The position numbers and the translations under genes are program-made. This document shows, piece by piece, positions 54,245 through 62,161 of a stretch of 64,000 nucleotides of DNA; position 1 is the stretch's first letter; every line of letters begins with the position of its first letter. The stretch spans positions 6,154 through 70,153 of the forward strand of contig JAFUOO010000008.1 of NCBI GenBank assembly GCA_017472685.1, written 5' to 3'. The stretch is from Clostridia bacterium. Lineage in GTDB: Bacteria > Bacillota > Clostridia > UMGS1883. Below the pieces are notes generated by a model. That model was given only the letters and a program-made list of their open reading frames with translations. It did no database searches and had not been told where the DNA came from.

Positions 54245-55498
54245 ATGGCAGTTGAAAGAAGAAAAGACACAAAAAATCGTGTTTTAAAAGAAGGTGAATA
54301 CCAGAGAGCAAACGGAACATTTGAATACAAATGGCGAGACAAACGAGGTAAGCGACATTCTATATACGCAAAAACACTTGAAGAACTGCGAGAAAAAGAG
54401 ATTGATGTACTTCGGGATGTGTTAGATGGTATAAGAGCTGAAAAAAGCGATTTGACAATCAACGATTTATTTCATTTGTGGGTGCAGCTTAAACGAGGAT
54501 TGAAAGAGAACACTTTTTCAAACTATAAATATATGTACACACAATTTGTTGAGGGCGATTTTGGTGAAACGCTTATTTCAGAGTTAAAGCGGTCAGATGT
54601 AAGGGCATTTTACAATTACCTTGCAGACGAACAACATTTGAAAGCTAATACCATTGACAACATACATACTGTACTTCATCAGGTGTTGGAATTAGGTGTC
54701 GAGGATGATTATTTGAGATATAATCCATCAGACAACGCATTAAAAGAATTACGGAAAGCACATAACAATGGTTCACCAAAAAGACGGGCATTAACAATTC
54801 CCGAACAAAACTTGTTTGAAGAATTTTTGAGTGAACAAGGGCAATATCATAAATGGTATCCTATTTTTGTGGTTCTTTTATGGACAGGAATGAGAGTGGG
54901 AGAAATAACGGGATTGCGTTGGTGTGATATTGATTTGGAGAATGAAACAATAAGTGTAAATCATACTTTGGTATATTTCAGCAAAGGCAAAGCACAAGGA
55001 TGTTCATTTGCAATCAATACACCCAAAACAGAGGCAGGCAGACGGACAATCCCAATGCTGCCGAAAGTCAAAGAAGCCTTTTTGATGGAAAAACAATTCC
55101 AAGAAGAAATTGACTTGAAATGTACTGTAAGCGTTGACGGATATACGGATTTTATTTTCATCAATCGTTTTGGTGGTGTGCAACATCAAGGAACACTTAA
55201 CAAGGCATTACGGAGAATTATCCGTGACTGTAATTATGAAGTGTTAGACAGGGGACATATCGAAAATACTGTTACACTACCCCGTTTCAGTAATCACTCG
55301 CTCAGACATACATTCACAACACGAATGTGTGAAGCCGGTGTGAATATCAAAGCAATGCAAGATATTTTAGGTCATGCGGATGCAGAAACAACAATGGATA
55401 TTTACGCCGAAGCAACAAAGGATTTGAAGCGTTCCGAAATGATAAACTTTGACGAATACTTTAACAATCAAAAAGTCATTCAATCTGGTACAAACTAA
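54245..55498 (+). CDS. tyrosine-type site-specific recombinase (integrase)
   Basis: SAM-like N-domain and a catalytic domain with TGMRVGE (Arg), HSLRHTF and LGHADAETTMDIYAE (His...Tyr). The stop codon abuts the right direct repeat. Confidence 0.9.
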   Translation: MAVERRKDTKNRVLKEGEYQRANGTFEYKWRDKRGKRHSIYAKTLEELREKEIDVLRDVLDGIRAEKSDLTINDLFHLWVQLKRGLKENTFSNYKYMYTQFVEGDFGETLISELKRSDVRAFYNYLADEQHLKANTIDNIHTVLHQVLELGVEDDYLRYNPSDNALKELRKAHNNGSPKRRALTIPEQNLFEEFLSEQGQYHKWYPIFVVLLWTGMRVGEITGLRWCDIDLENETISVNHTLVYFSKGKAQGCSFAINTPKTEAGRRTIPMLPKVKEAFLMEKQFQEEIDLKCTVSVDGYTDFIFINRFGGVQHQGTLNKALRRIIRDCNYEVLDRGHIENTVTLPRFSNHSLRHTFTTRMCEAGVNIKAMQDILGHADAETTMDIYAEATKDLKRSEMINFDEYFNNQKVIQSGTN

Positions 55499-55530
55499 CT
55501 TACGACCACTTTACGACCAACTTACGACCA
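55496..55530 (+). repeat. attR-type direct repeat (3 TTACGACCA units)
   Basis: AACTTACGACCACTTTACGACCAA followed by CTTACGACCAT. The first 24 nt match attL with 1 mismatch. Confidence 0.75.
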
Positions 55531-55672
55531 TTTATAAAGAATTGCACAGTAATATAAATTTACGAAAGGAAAAATTACTTGACAAGTGGCGATTTGTAGG
55601 GATATAATGAATTGTAACTTCTTCAATAGGAGTTCCCCACAATGCGTCCTGTTGACAACAAGTAAGAGAATT

Positions 55673-56257
55673 ATGAAAACATGGCATAAAATTGCAATTA
55701 TAACGGTAATTATTGTTGGAATTCTCATATCGGTAAAAAGCTGTGTTGATAAACGGGATGCCGATATCACACTTGCATATATCGGCAGCGAATTTATTGA
55801 CTGTGAGCTTTTTAATGAAAATGTAAAGGCCTTGCACAGCGTGTGCTCCGATATTAATGCTGACGGCGAGCTTGTGGTTGATATTATGGAAATATCCTTC
55901 AACGACAGCCTCAGCCAGGCGGATAAGCAGAATTCTGACAGTAAGCTGGCAAACGCTGTGGGCGCAGGGGCTGCAAGGGTTTATCTTATTGAAGAAAAAT
56001 ACCTGATGAACAATGCATCAAGCGGTGTTTTTGCCGATTTGTCCCATCTTGGCGACGGCTTTAAAAATGCCTCGGGAGAGGTTTGCGGCATAAGTGTTAA
56101 GGGCAATACAAAGGTTGAAAAATTGGGCATTGATGCCTCGGGCGATATTTATCTGGCTGTGAGAATTGTCAGCGAGATAGATGCTCTGACTGATAAAAAT
56201 ATAGAAAAAAAGCATGCTTTGGCAATGGATATTGCTGAATATATTTTAAACGATTAA
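55673..56257 (+). CDS. hypothetical membrane-anchored or lipoprotein-like protein
   Basis: ATG 55673 gives MKTWHKIAIITVIIVGILISVKSC... The track start (GTG 55586) lies inside the promoter TTGACA-N18-TATAAT at 55579-55608. Confidence 0.55.
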   Translation: MKTWHKIAIITVIIVGILISVKSCVDKRDADITLAYIGSEFIDCELFNENVKALHSVCSDINADGELVVDIMEISFNDSLSQADKQNSDSKLANAVGAGAARVYLIEEKYLMNNASSGVFADLSHLGDGFKNASGEVCGISVKGNTKVEKLGIDASGDIYLAVRIVSEIDALTDKNIEKKHALAMDIAEYILND

Positions 56258-56279
56258 ATAAAGAAAAGAGGTATGTAAA

Positions 56280-56618
56280 ATGACAGAAGCAGCTACAAAC
56301 GCAGGCGGTACAATGGGCGGTCTCAGCGGTACACTTATTTATCTTGTACTGATGATAGCATTTTTCTATTTCCTTCTTATCCGTCCCCAGAAGAAGAGAG
56401 AAAAGCAGACGAGAATGATGCTTAACGACATGCGCCCCGGTGATGAAGTTATCACAATCGGCGGTGTTATGGGTAACATTGTTAACATCAAGGATGACCG
56501 TGTTGTTATCGAAACAGGCGCAAACAGAACAAAGCTCACTTTCGAAAAGAGTGCAATCAAGACAGTGCTCACAGTTCATGAGGACGAAGACGAGTACGAA
56601 ATCGAAGAGGAAGAATAA
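56280..56618 (+). CDS. yajC: preprotein translocase subunit YajC
   Basis: One TM helix, then LLIRPQKKREKQ...GDEVITIGGVMGNIVNIKDD, typical of YajC. A terminator follows at 56623-56652. Confidence 0.85.
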   Translation: MTEAATNAGGTMGGLSGTLIYLVLMIAFFYFLLIRPQKKREKQTRMMLNDMRPGDEVITIGGVMGNIVNIKDDRVVIETGANRTKLTFEKSAIKTVLTVHEDEDEYEIEEEE

Positions 56619-56672
56619 TAAGAAAATGAGTGGATTTATCCACTCATTTTTTGTAAACAGGAGGGATAAATT

Positions 56673-57293
56673 ATGGAAAGCTTCGGCGAAAGACTTACAA
56701 AGCTTATGCGCTCTGTGGGGCTTACAGATGCAAATACGGCACTTTTACTCAATGTGAGCAAGCAGCGCCTTGAAAACCTGCTCACAGGCTACAGCGAGGC
56801 GGATATGGATGTAATAGTGCGTGTTGCGGAGGTATTCAACGTTTCCTGCGAATATGCGGCAATGCTCAGTGATGTGCCCCAGGTGCGTGAAAGCGGAAAT
56901 TCCAAGGAAATTATTGTGGCTGAAAAAATTTCGCCCTACGATGGCGTGATAATGCAGAAGGATGTTGTGGGAACAGTTTTCATTGACCGCGACAAAATGC
57001 ATGGCAAGGACTATTTCGGATTTATTATGCCTGACGACTCCATGGTAAAGGCGCGCATATTGAAAAACGACATGCTAATAGTCCGTAAGCAGCACTTTGC
57101 AACAAACGGCGATATTGTTGTGGCTGTTGTTGATGATGGCGATGCCATTGTGCGTACATATAACCGCACGGGCAACGTTGTGGTGCTCACCTGCGAGGGC
57201 GATTCTATGAAATATAAGCCTATAAAAATAGACACAGTCGAGACAAAATTCAATATTTTGGGCAAGGTTGACGAGGTAAGAATAAGTTTTTGA
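56673..57293 (+). CDS. XRE-family HTH / S24 LexA-like peptidase repressor
   Basis: N-terminal HTH (FGERLTKLMRSVGLTDANTALLLNVSKQRLENLLTG). The C-terminal S24 fold carries DDSM and GDIVVAVVDDGDAIVRTY. Confidence 0.75.
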   Translation: MESFGERLTKLMRSVGLTDANTALLLNVSKQRLENLLTGYSEADMDVIVRVAEVFNVSCEYAAMLSDVPQVRESGNSKEIIVAEKISPYDGVIMQKDVVGTVFIDRDKMHGKDYFGFIMPDDSMVKARILKNDMLIVRKQHFATNGDIVVAVVDDGDAIVRTYNRTGNVVVLTCEGDSMKYKPIKIDTVETKFNILGKVDEVRISF

Positions 57294-57417
57294 TAAAAAT
57301 TATAAAAAAGTCTTGCAATAGATAAAAAAGTGTGTTAATATGTTATGGCAAAATTAAAGAAGCGGTCCTCTGCAGAACCTTCGTACGAACGCTTGAAAAA
57401 AGAAAGGAAGTGTAACG

Positions 57418-57759
57418 ATGGATATTTTAAAGTCTATCACACAGGATCAGCTCAGATCCGACCTTCCCGAACTTAACATTGGTGACACAGTTAAGCTTTA
57501 TGTTAAGGTAAAAGAAGGTGCTAAGGAGAGAATCCAGATGTTCGAAGGAACAATCATCTCCAAGAAGCATGGCGGTATTTCCGAAACATTTACAGTAAGA
57601 AGAGTTTCTTACGGTGTAGGTGTTGAAAGAACTTTCCCCGTAAACTCTCCCATGATCGACAGAATCGAAAAGGTTAGAGGCGGTAAGGTTCGTCGTGCTA
57701 AGCTCTACTATCTCAGAGACAGAGTTGGTAAGGCTGCTAAGGTTAAGGAAAAGCTTTAA
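57418..57759 (+). CDS. rplS: 50S ribosomal protein L19
   Basis: The highly conserved L19 sequence is present ([31 protein letters not shown]...RRAKLYYLR). Confidence 0.95.
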   Translation: MDILKSITQDQLRSDLPELNIGDTVKLYVKVKEGAKERIQMFEGTIISKKHGGISETFTVRRVSYGVGVERTFPVNSPMIDRIEKVRGGKVRRAKLYYLRDRVGKAAKVKEKL

Positions 57760-57821
57760 TTCCCCAACATTCCGAGGAGAGCAACCCTCTCCTCGGAGGG
57801 GTTAACCTTAACGAAAAAAGA

Positions 57822-57935
57822 ATATTCTTCGGGGCGGGGTGTGATTCCCCACCGGCAGTAACAGTCTGCGACCCACTTTTGTGGCTGATGAGGTGCAATT
57901 CCTCAACCGACGGTATAGTCCGGATGGAAGAAGAC
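57822..57935 (+). promoter_or_regulatory. FMN riboswitch (RFN element)
   Basis: TCTTCGGGGCGGGGTGTGATTCCCCACCGGCAGTAA ... GGTGCAATTCCTCAACCGACGGTATAGTCCGGATGGAAGAAGA matches the RFN consensus. Confidence 0.9.
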
Positions 57936-57974
57936 AAAAAGAAAATCGTAAAGATTTTCGTTATTTTGCTTACA

Positions 57975-58008
57975 AAAGCTCCGTATAATTATATGCGGAG
58001 CTTTTTTG
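57975..58008 (+). terminator. FMN riboswitch terminator
   Basis: AAAAGCTCCGTATAAT tatat GCGGAGCTTTTTT, about 20 nt upstream of the ribU start. Confidence 0.8.
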
Positions 58009-58029
58009 TATATAAAGGAGCGGTTTGAT

Positions 58030-58569
58030 ATGAAAAACAGCAAAACAAATTTCATAGTAAAGGTCGGAGTTTTTTCGGCAATTGCATTTGTGCTTCAGGT
58101 AATAGGAAGCCTTATGGCAATCAAGGTTGCGGGCTTTCTTGAGGTGGAAATTTCTGATTTGCCTGCTATTATCATTGCCTTGGCAATGGGACCCTGGGCG
58201 GGTGTGTGCGTAGAGCTTGTAAAAAATCTGCTTCATTGCACAATGAGCTCAACCGGGCTTGTGGGTGAGCTTGCAAACTTTGCTGTTAACGGCGTTTTTG
58301 TTTTCGTGTGCGGAATGATTTATCAGTATAATAAAACAAAAAAAGGTGCGGTCATTTCCCTTTTGGTGGCAACGGTGGTTATGGCAGGTGCAAGCATACT
58401 GACAAACCTTTTCATAATGCTTCCCTTGTATATGCCTGCGGTGAGCTTTGCAGATAAGCTCAGCCTCACTCTTTCAGTGATTGCACCCTTTAATCTGGTG
58501 CGAGGTGCGGCACTGAGCGTTATAACAATGCTGATTTATAAAAAAATATCAACTTTAATAAAAAGGTAG
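58030..58569 (+). CDS. ribU: ECF-transporter S component for riboflavin
   Basis: Six-TM ECF S-component-like protein directly downstream of the FMN riboswitch. ATG 58030 follows AAGGAG. Confidence 0.8.
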   Translation: MKNSKTNFIVKVGVFSAIAFVLQVIGSLMAIKVAGFLEVEISDLPAIIIALAMGPWAGVCVELVKNLLHCTMSSTGLVGELANFAVNGVFVFVCGMIYQYNKTKKGAVISLLVATVVMAGASILTNLFIMLPLYMPAVSFADKLSLTLSVIAPFNLVRGAALSVITMLIYKKISTLIKR

Positions 58570-58582
58570 CGAAACCGTTTTT

Positions 58583-58611
58583 GTATAATATGGCTTTTGG
58601 GGGGAATACTT
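58583..58611 (+). promoter_or_regulatory. candidate sigma-F type promoter of spoIIR
   Basis: GTATA (58583-58587), 14-nt spacer, GGGAATACTT (58602-58611). Compare the forespore sigma-F pattern GYATA-N15-GGnnAnAHTR. Confidence 0.35.
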
Positions 58612-58634
58612 CTTGTAAAAGGAAGTGTTAACCT

Positions 58635-59186
58635 ATGAAAAAAATTGCTGTGTGTATTTTGGTTTCGCTGCTTGTTGCGACGAGCGTTGTGAGCTATTCT
58701 GAAAGCTTGTCAAAGGAGCTGTCAGCAGGCATTGTAAGGCTTCATATTATTGCTGAAAGCAACTCAAAAGAGGACCAGGCTGTTAAATTAAAGGTGCGCG
58801 ATGCCCTTTTGAAAGAAATGGAAATGTTTGAAAATACAGAGGATGTAAAGCTGAGCCTTGCACGGCTTGAGGCGGTGGCAGACAATGTTCTGAAAAAGGA
58901 AGGCTTTGCCTACAGTGCAAAGGCAGAGTACGGGCAATTCGATTTCCCCACAAAGCATTATGACGGCTTTTCACTCCCAAAGGGCAGATATAACGCCGTG
59001 AGAATACGGCTCGGGAAAGCCGAGGGCGAAAACTGGTGGTGCGTGCTTTTTCCGCCCTTATGCATGGTGGATGCCGCAACCGAAGAGGAGCTTTTAAAAG
59101 AAACCTTTGGCGAAAATTACAGCATGGTTGTGCAGGAAGACAAGCTGCCCGTAAAAATTAAGTTCAAAATAGCAGAGATGTTTTAA
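58635..59186 (+). CDS. spoIIR: stage II sporulation protein R
   Basis: Signal/anchor sequence, then VRLHIIAESNSKEDQAVKLKVRDALL...GENWWCVLFPPLC, typical of SpoIIR. A terminator follows at 59209-59238. Confidence 0.85.
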   Translation: MKKIAVCILVSLLVATSVVSYSESLSKELSAGIVRLHIIAESNSKEDQAVKLKVRDALLKEMEMFENTEDVKLSLARLEAVADNVLKKEGFAYSAKAEYGQFDFPTKHYDGFSLPKGRYNAVRIRLGKAEGENWWCVLFPPLCMVDAATEEELLKETFGENYSMVVQEDKLPVKIKFKIAEMF

Positions 59187-59290
59187 GTTTGATTTTATGC
59201 TCAATAATAAAAAACTTGCCTTAAGGCAAGTTTTTTTGTTGACTAATATTTTAAAGAAATATATAATAAATATTTAAAGGAGATGATTTT

Positions 59291-59920
59291 ATGAGGCAGA
59301 GAAACCGAAAGCATCTTGACGAAAGACTTGACAATTGCGCCGCAATTTATTCCGAAAAAGGCGATATTTTAGATGAAGCATTTTTATCGCATCATCCCTT
59401 GCACATGGAAATCGGATGCGGTAAGGGCAGGTTTATAACAACCCTTGCACATAATAACCCACATGTTAACTACATAGCGAGCGAAATGATAGCAAACATC
59501 ATTGTTCTTGCGGCTGAAAAGGCAAAGGAAATGGAGCTTGGCAACATAAGATTTGTGTCGGGAAACGTGCAATATATGGCAGACAGCATTCCAGGGGGAA
59601 GTGTTGACAGAATTTATCTTAACTTTTCTGACCCCTGGCCCAAGGACAGGCACGCAAAAAGAAGGCTGACACATAAAAACTTTCTCGATTTATATGAAAA
59701 GCTTCTTTCCCCCGAGGGAGAGGTGCATTTTAAGACAGATAACAGAGCCCTGTTCGATTTTTCCCTTGAAAGCTTTACGGAAAACGGCTGGGAATTAAGC
59801 TGTGTTACAAACGATTTACACAACTCAAATTTTGAAGGCAACGTAATGACCGAGTATGAAGAAAAATTTTCCGCTCTTGGTTTTACCATAAACAGACTTG
59901 TTGCAAGGAAAAAGAGATAA
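59291..59920 (+). CDS. trmB: tRNA (guanine46-N7)-methyltransferase
   Basis: EIGCGKGRF SAM motif and NFSDPWPK motif. Confidence 0.9.
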   Translation: MRQRNRKHLDERLDNCAAIYSEKGDILDEAFLSHHPLHMEIGCGKGRFITTLAHNNPHVNYIASEMIANIIVLAAEKAKEMELGNIRFVSGNVQYMADSIPGGSVDRIYLNFSDPWPKDRHAKRRLTHKNFLDLYEKLLSPEGEVHFKTDNRALFDFSLESFTENGWELSCVTNDLHNSNFEGNVMTEYEEKFSALGFTINRLVARKKR

Positions 59921-59924
59921 AAAA

Positions 59925-59957
59925 TAAAATCGACATCCTTCCGGGGAAGAATGTCGA
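59925..59957. repeat. 33-bp direct repeat, copy 1 (hairpin)
   Basis: TAAAATCGACATCCTTCCGGGGAAGAATGTCGA is identical to 60442-60474. It folds as a 12-bp stem with 1 mismatch. Confidence 0.85.
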
Positions 59958-59965
59958 AAAGTAAG

Positions 59966-60310
59966 CTAATTTGAATTCTTTTTAGCAGTATTGATAGAGG
60001 AAATCAAAAGTTTTTTGATTTCTATACATTCGGAGAGGATGGCACGGTCAGCATAGTAGCCGCCATCAATAAGAAGTTCAATCCAATATTCACTTTCGGC
60101 ACATTCTTTCAGTGCAATTTGGAGCTTGGCAATAAAATCTGCCTTACCATGACCATAAAAGGCTTCGCGGATATTTGCGCCAACACTTGTGCCTGAGCGA
60201 ACGAGCTGATTGGTAAGAACACTCTCCCTCTTTTCGCTCTTAACTTTATTACAAACATTAAGTATATTTAATGCAAACTGCTTAGACTTGGAAATTAATG
60301 GACTATTCAT
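59966..60310 (-). CDS. four-helix-bundle protein (23S rRNA intervening-sequence protein family)
   Basis: LVRSGTSVGANIREA...KADFIAKLQIALKECAESEYWIELL is characteristic of the family. ATG 60310 follows GAGAGG. The track GTG 60367 start is unlikely. Confidence 0.8.
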   Translation of the reverse strand: MNSPLISKSKQFALNILNVCNKVKSEKRESVLTNQLVRSGTSVGANIREAFYGHGKADFIAKLQIALKECAESEYWIELLIDGGYYADRAILSECIEIKKLLISSINTAKKNSN

Positions 60311-60441
60311 AGAAACCTCTCTGAAATCAATCAAAATCGTTTGCGATTTTGTACCGAACTTATTCACTATTACTTATTACCTGTTACCTTCCAAAATCGA
60401 CATTCAAGTCAGGGAATAGTGAAGAAGGCATATGTAATAAG

Positions 60442-60474
60442 TAAAATCGACATCCTTCCGGGGAAGAATGTCGA
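60442..60474. repeat. 33-bp direct repeat, copy 2 (hairpin and bidirectional terminator)
   Basis: Identical to 59925-59957. Here it is flanked by an A-run and a T-run, directly 3' of tRNA-Leu. Confidence 0.85.
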
Positions 60475-60477
60475 TTT

Positions 60478-60565
60478 TGGTGCCCGAGACCGGAATCGAA
60501 CCGGTACGGCTTTAAGGGCCGCAGGATTTTAAGTCCTGTGCGTCTGCCAGTTCCGCCACTCGGGC
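60478..60565 (-). tRNA. tRNA-Leu (anticodon UAA)
   Basis: The reverse complement folds as a cloverleaf. Acceptor GCCCGAG/CTCGGGC, anticodon stem CAGGA/TCCTG with loop CTTAAAA, a long variable arm, T-arm ACCGG-TTCGATT-CCGGT, and an encoded CCA. Confidence 0.9.
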
Positions 60566-60632
60566 AAGCACAGCTATTATAGCAAAAAAAAATTTAGTTG
60601 TCAATAACAAAAAACAGATTGGAAGATGCAAA

Positions 60633-61712
60633 ATGGAAAAATTCACACAATATTATTCTGCAACAGTTCTCGGAAGCGGCAATAACAACGGCATATGCCT
60701 TAAGGGCGAAACTGAATATGTTTTCAAAAGCTATTACAAGCTCCGCACCGACGGCGAGGGTGTATACAAGCTGTTTTTTGTGAATAAGGTTGATTCTACC
60801 GGCAATTGCAGAGCTGAAAAGAGCGGCGACAGCTTCAAAATATGTGAGGCGTATGCTGCCTATTCGCCCGACAAGATCACAGAGGAAGGCAAAGTAGACC
60901 TAACCTTTGACGGCATGGGCGAAAAAGTGGTTGGTGTGGGCGAAACATATTCCTGCGACGAATTTTCCTTTACATACAATAAGGACGGCTATATGGTGCT
61001 GGTGTTTAAAGTGATTACGGACAAAAGAAAGTTCCTGCCCGCCACGAATGAAAGCATGTCCACAGGAAGAGTTTTTGAAAACGGCAAGGAAATATGGTGG
61101 GACAACTTCACCCTGAGACCTGCTTTTGTAGGCGTGAAAAAAGAAAAGAAAAAAACCGTGGGCTTCTGGGGCGATTCCATCACCCAGGGCTCGAGAACGG
61201 GAATTGACAAGTACGAGGCGTGGGTACACCGCATAGGTAATTATCTGGAGGAGGACATAAGCGTCTGGAACTTAGGTATGGGCTGGGCTCGTAGCTATGA
61301 TGCGTCGCTTGATGGTGTTTTCACAAAAAAAGCGGCCATGTGTGACGAGGTTTTCATCTGCTTCGGTGTTAACGATATACGCTCGGGAGGAAGGGTAGCT
61401 GAAGAAGTTATTGATGATTTAAACACTGCCAAAAAGCTTCTTGAAAGTAAGAACAATAGTATTAAAGTGCATTTTCTCACGGTGCCACCCTTTAATATGA
61501 CCCAGTACGAGGAAGCTCAGCGAAAAAAGGTGAATGAATACATAAGAAGCACTAGAGGCTATTTTGACATTGCCTCCTGCCTGGAGGAAAACGCTGACGG
61601 TGATGTTATACGAAAATACATGACAAATGACGACGATGCACATCCTAACGGCGAGGGTGGCAAAGCTGTTCTTGAGCATTTCATAAAATGGAGGGAACAG
61701 ACACAATGGTAA
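60633..61712 (+). CDS. SGNH/GDSL-family hydrolase with an N-terminal beta-rich domain
   Basis: Block I FWGDSITQG, block III GVND and block V DDAHPN. Confidence 0.75.
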   Translation: MEKFTQYYSATVLGSGNNNGICLKGETEYVFKSYYKLRTDGEGVYKLFFVNKVDSTGNCRAEKSGDSFKICEAYAAYSPDKITEEGKVDLTFDGMGEKVVGVGETYSCDEFSFTYNKDGYMVLVFKVITDKRKFLPATNESMSTGRVFENGKEIWWDNFTLRPAFVGVKKEKKKTVGFWGDSITQGSRTGIDKYEAWVHRIGNYLEEDISVWNLGMGWARSYDASLDGVFTKKAAMCDEVFICFGVNDIRSGGRVAEEVIDDLNTAKKLLESKNNSIKVHFLTVPPFNMTQYEEAQRKKVNEYIRSTRGYFDIASCLEENADGDVIRKYMTNDDDAHPNGEGGKAVLEHFIKWREQTQW

Positions 61713-62161
61713 AGAAAATTGTGTTGTGGGCTTTGGTCATAGGCTGCATGGTACTTATATTTCACTTTTCATCGCAGCCTGCGGACGACTCTATGGATTT
61801 AAGTGACGGCTTGCTTGATAAAATCCTTGCATTTTTAAACATAAGCCCTCCTGAGCAGGTTGTAATTTTTATGAGGGTTTTTATAAGAAAGGTTGCACAC
61901 TTTGCTGTGTATTCACTGCTCGGTTTTCTTATATATCTGCTTTTTAAGGTGGGATACGAGGCTAAGGCAAAAGCTGCTCTTTGTGGAGCAGTCCTGATAA
62001 GCTCACTTTATGCCGTAACGGATGAAGTGCATCAGCTTTTTGTTGACGGACGAAGCGGCAGTGTGAAGGATGTATTGCTTGACAGCACAGGGGCTTTGTG
62101 CGGAATAATTATAGCGTGGGGAATATGCTGTATATTATCAAGGAGAAAGAAAAATGGTTGA
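61706..62161 (+). CDS. VanZ-family membrane protein
   Basis: LIFHFSSQPADDS...KVAHFAVYSLLG...DEVHQLFVDGRSGSVKDVLLD is typical of VanZ. The ATG overlaps the upstream stop (ATGGTAA). Track start is 61688. Confidence 0.75.
   Translation: MVKKIVLWALVIGCMVLIFHFSSQPADDSMDLSDGLLDKILAFLNISPPEQVVIFMRVFIRKVAHFAVYSLLGFLIYLLFKVGYEAKAKAALCGAVLISSLYAVTDEVHQLFVDGRSGSVKDVLLDSTGALCGIIIAWGICCILSRRKKNG

Larger units (their letters stand above)
46636..55530 (+). mobile_element. integrative mobilizable element (about 8.9 kb) inserted downstream of lysS
   Basis: Flanking direct repeats, a tyrosine integrase plus Xis at the right end, a Rep/FtsK-like module and cargo genes. The interior is clearly more AT-rich than the flanks (by eye). 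Confidence 0.8.
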
